Notes under the pieces: generated by a model | Seen by the model: the letters and a program-made list of their open reading frames with translations, nothing else | Told to the model about the DNA's origin: nothing | The model's database searches: none | Shown here: positions 15,891 to 16,257 of the stretch, one piece after another | How positions within the stretch are numbered: position 1 is the first letter of the stretch | Layout: each line of letters begins with the position of its first letter | Assembly (NCBI GenBank): GCA_038134595.1 | Contig: JAYPVM010000020.1 | Span: 1 to 16,257 of the forward strand | DNA: 16,257 nucleotides | Direction of reading: 5' to 3' | DNA from: Pseudomonadota bacterium | GTDB lineage: Bacteria > Bdellovibrionota_C > UBA2361 > OMII01 | Made by a program: the position numbers and the translations under genes

Positions 15891-16257
15891 ATGGAGAGTT
15901 TAAGCAAACTTAACTTCATTCCAACTGTGTTTGAAAACACAGCGCTAGACGTTGCACTCCTGCTCCTCGCCACCCTTGTTGCGATACGCTATCTAGCACG
16001 GTCCGGTCAAACCATCTCTAAAACCACTAAAACCCGCTCTCGCGCAAATTCATTGAGAAAAACCTTAGAGCTAAAGGCCGATGAAGTTGCTGCTTTACGA
16101 GACTCTCTCTCAAGAGCTCGAAAGAAGACCCAATCTCAAATAGAGCCCTATCTAGAGGAAATCGAGGCTAGAGCCGCACTCGCGCACGTTGGAAGCGCTC
16201 GCGAACGAGACCCCAAACACGATGAATTAGAAGATCAGCTAGAAGAAGCCTCCAAAA
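15891..16257 (+). CDS. Membrane-anchored coiled-coil protein, partial (runs off the right edge)
   Basis: Hand translation from ATG 15891: MESLSKLNFIPTVFENTALDVALLLLATLVAIRYLARSGQTISKTTKTRSRANSLRKTLELKADEVAALRDSLSRARKKTQSQIEPYLEEIEARAALAHVGSARERDPKHDELEDQLEEASK. 122 open codons, AAGGGA upstream. Not in the ORF track. Confidence 0.8.
   Translation, partial: MESLSKLNFIPTVFENTALDVALLLLATLVAIRYLARSGQTISKTTKTRSRANSLRKTLELKADEVAALRDSLSRARKKTQSQIEPYLEEIEARAALAHVGSARERDPKHDELEDQLEEASK

Overview
Bacterial chromosomal window of cell-envelope and metal-handling genes; I see no rRNA, tRNA, CRISPR array or recognisable transposase/integrase. From left to right: (1) the 5' part of a minus-strand exported protein with at least 33 tandem [E/D]-T-P-T units, missed by the ORF track (the listed poly-VSVG ORF is its antisense shadow); (2) a 634-bp intergenic region with several repeats and hairpins; (3) an isolated rfbA/rmlA; (4) a divergent PBP4/DacB-type peptidase; (5) a ~12-kb run of 12 co-oriented minus-strand genes, in transcription order GT2 - GT4 - GT4 - WcaJ - BtuF/D/C-like ABC importer - SrkA/RdoA kinase - CNNM/CorC (DUF21-CBS) protein - 4-TM unknown - CusF-like metal chaperone - TerC; (6) the 5' part of a divergent membrane-anchored coiled-coil protein, also missed by the ORF track. 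Most genes belong to well-known families. The best candidates for something undescribed are the CNNM/unknown/CusF-like/TerC cassette, the Thr/Pro-repeat protein with its double hydrophobic N-terminus and structured leader, and its possible link to the glycosylation genes. All are hypotheses from sequence reading only; no database search was run.
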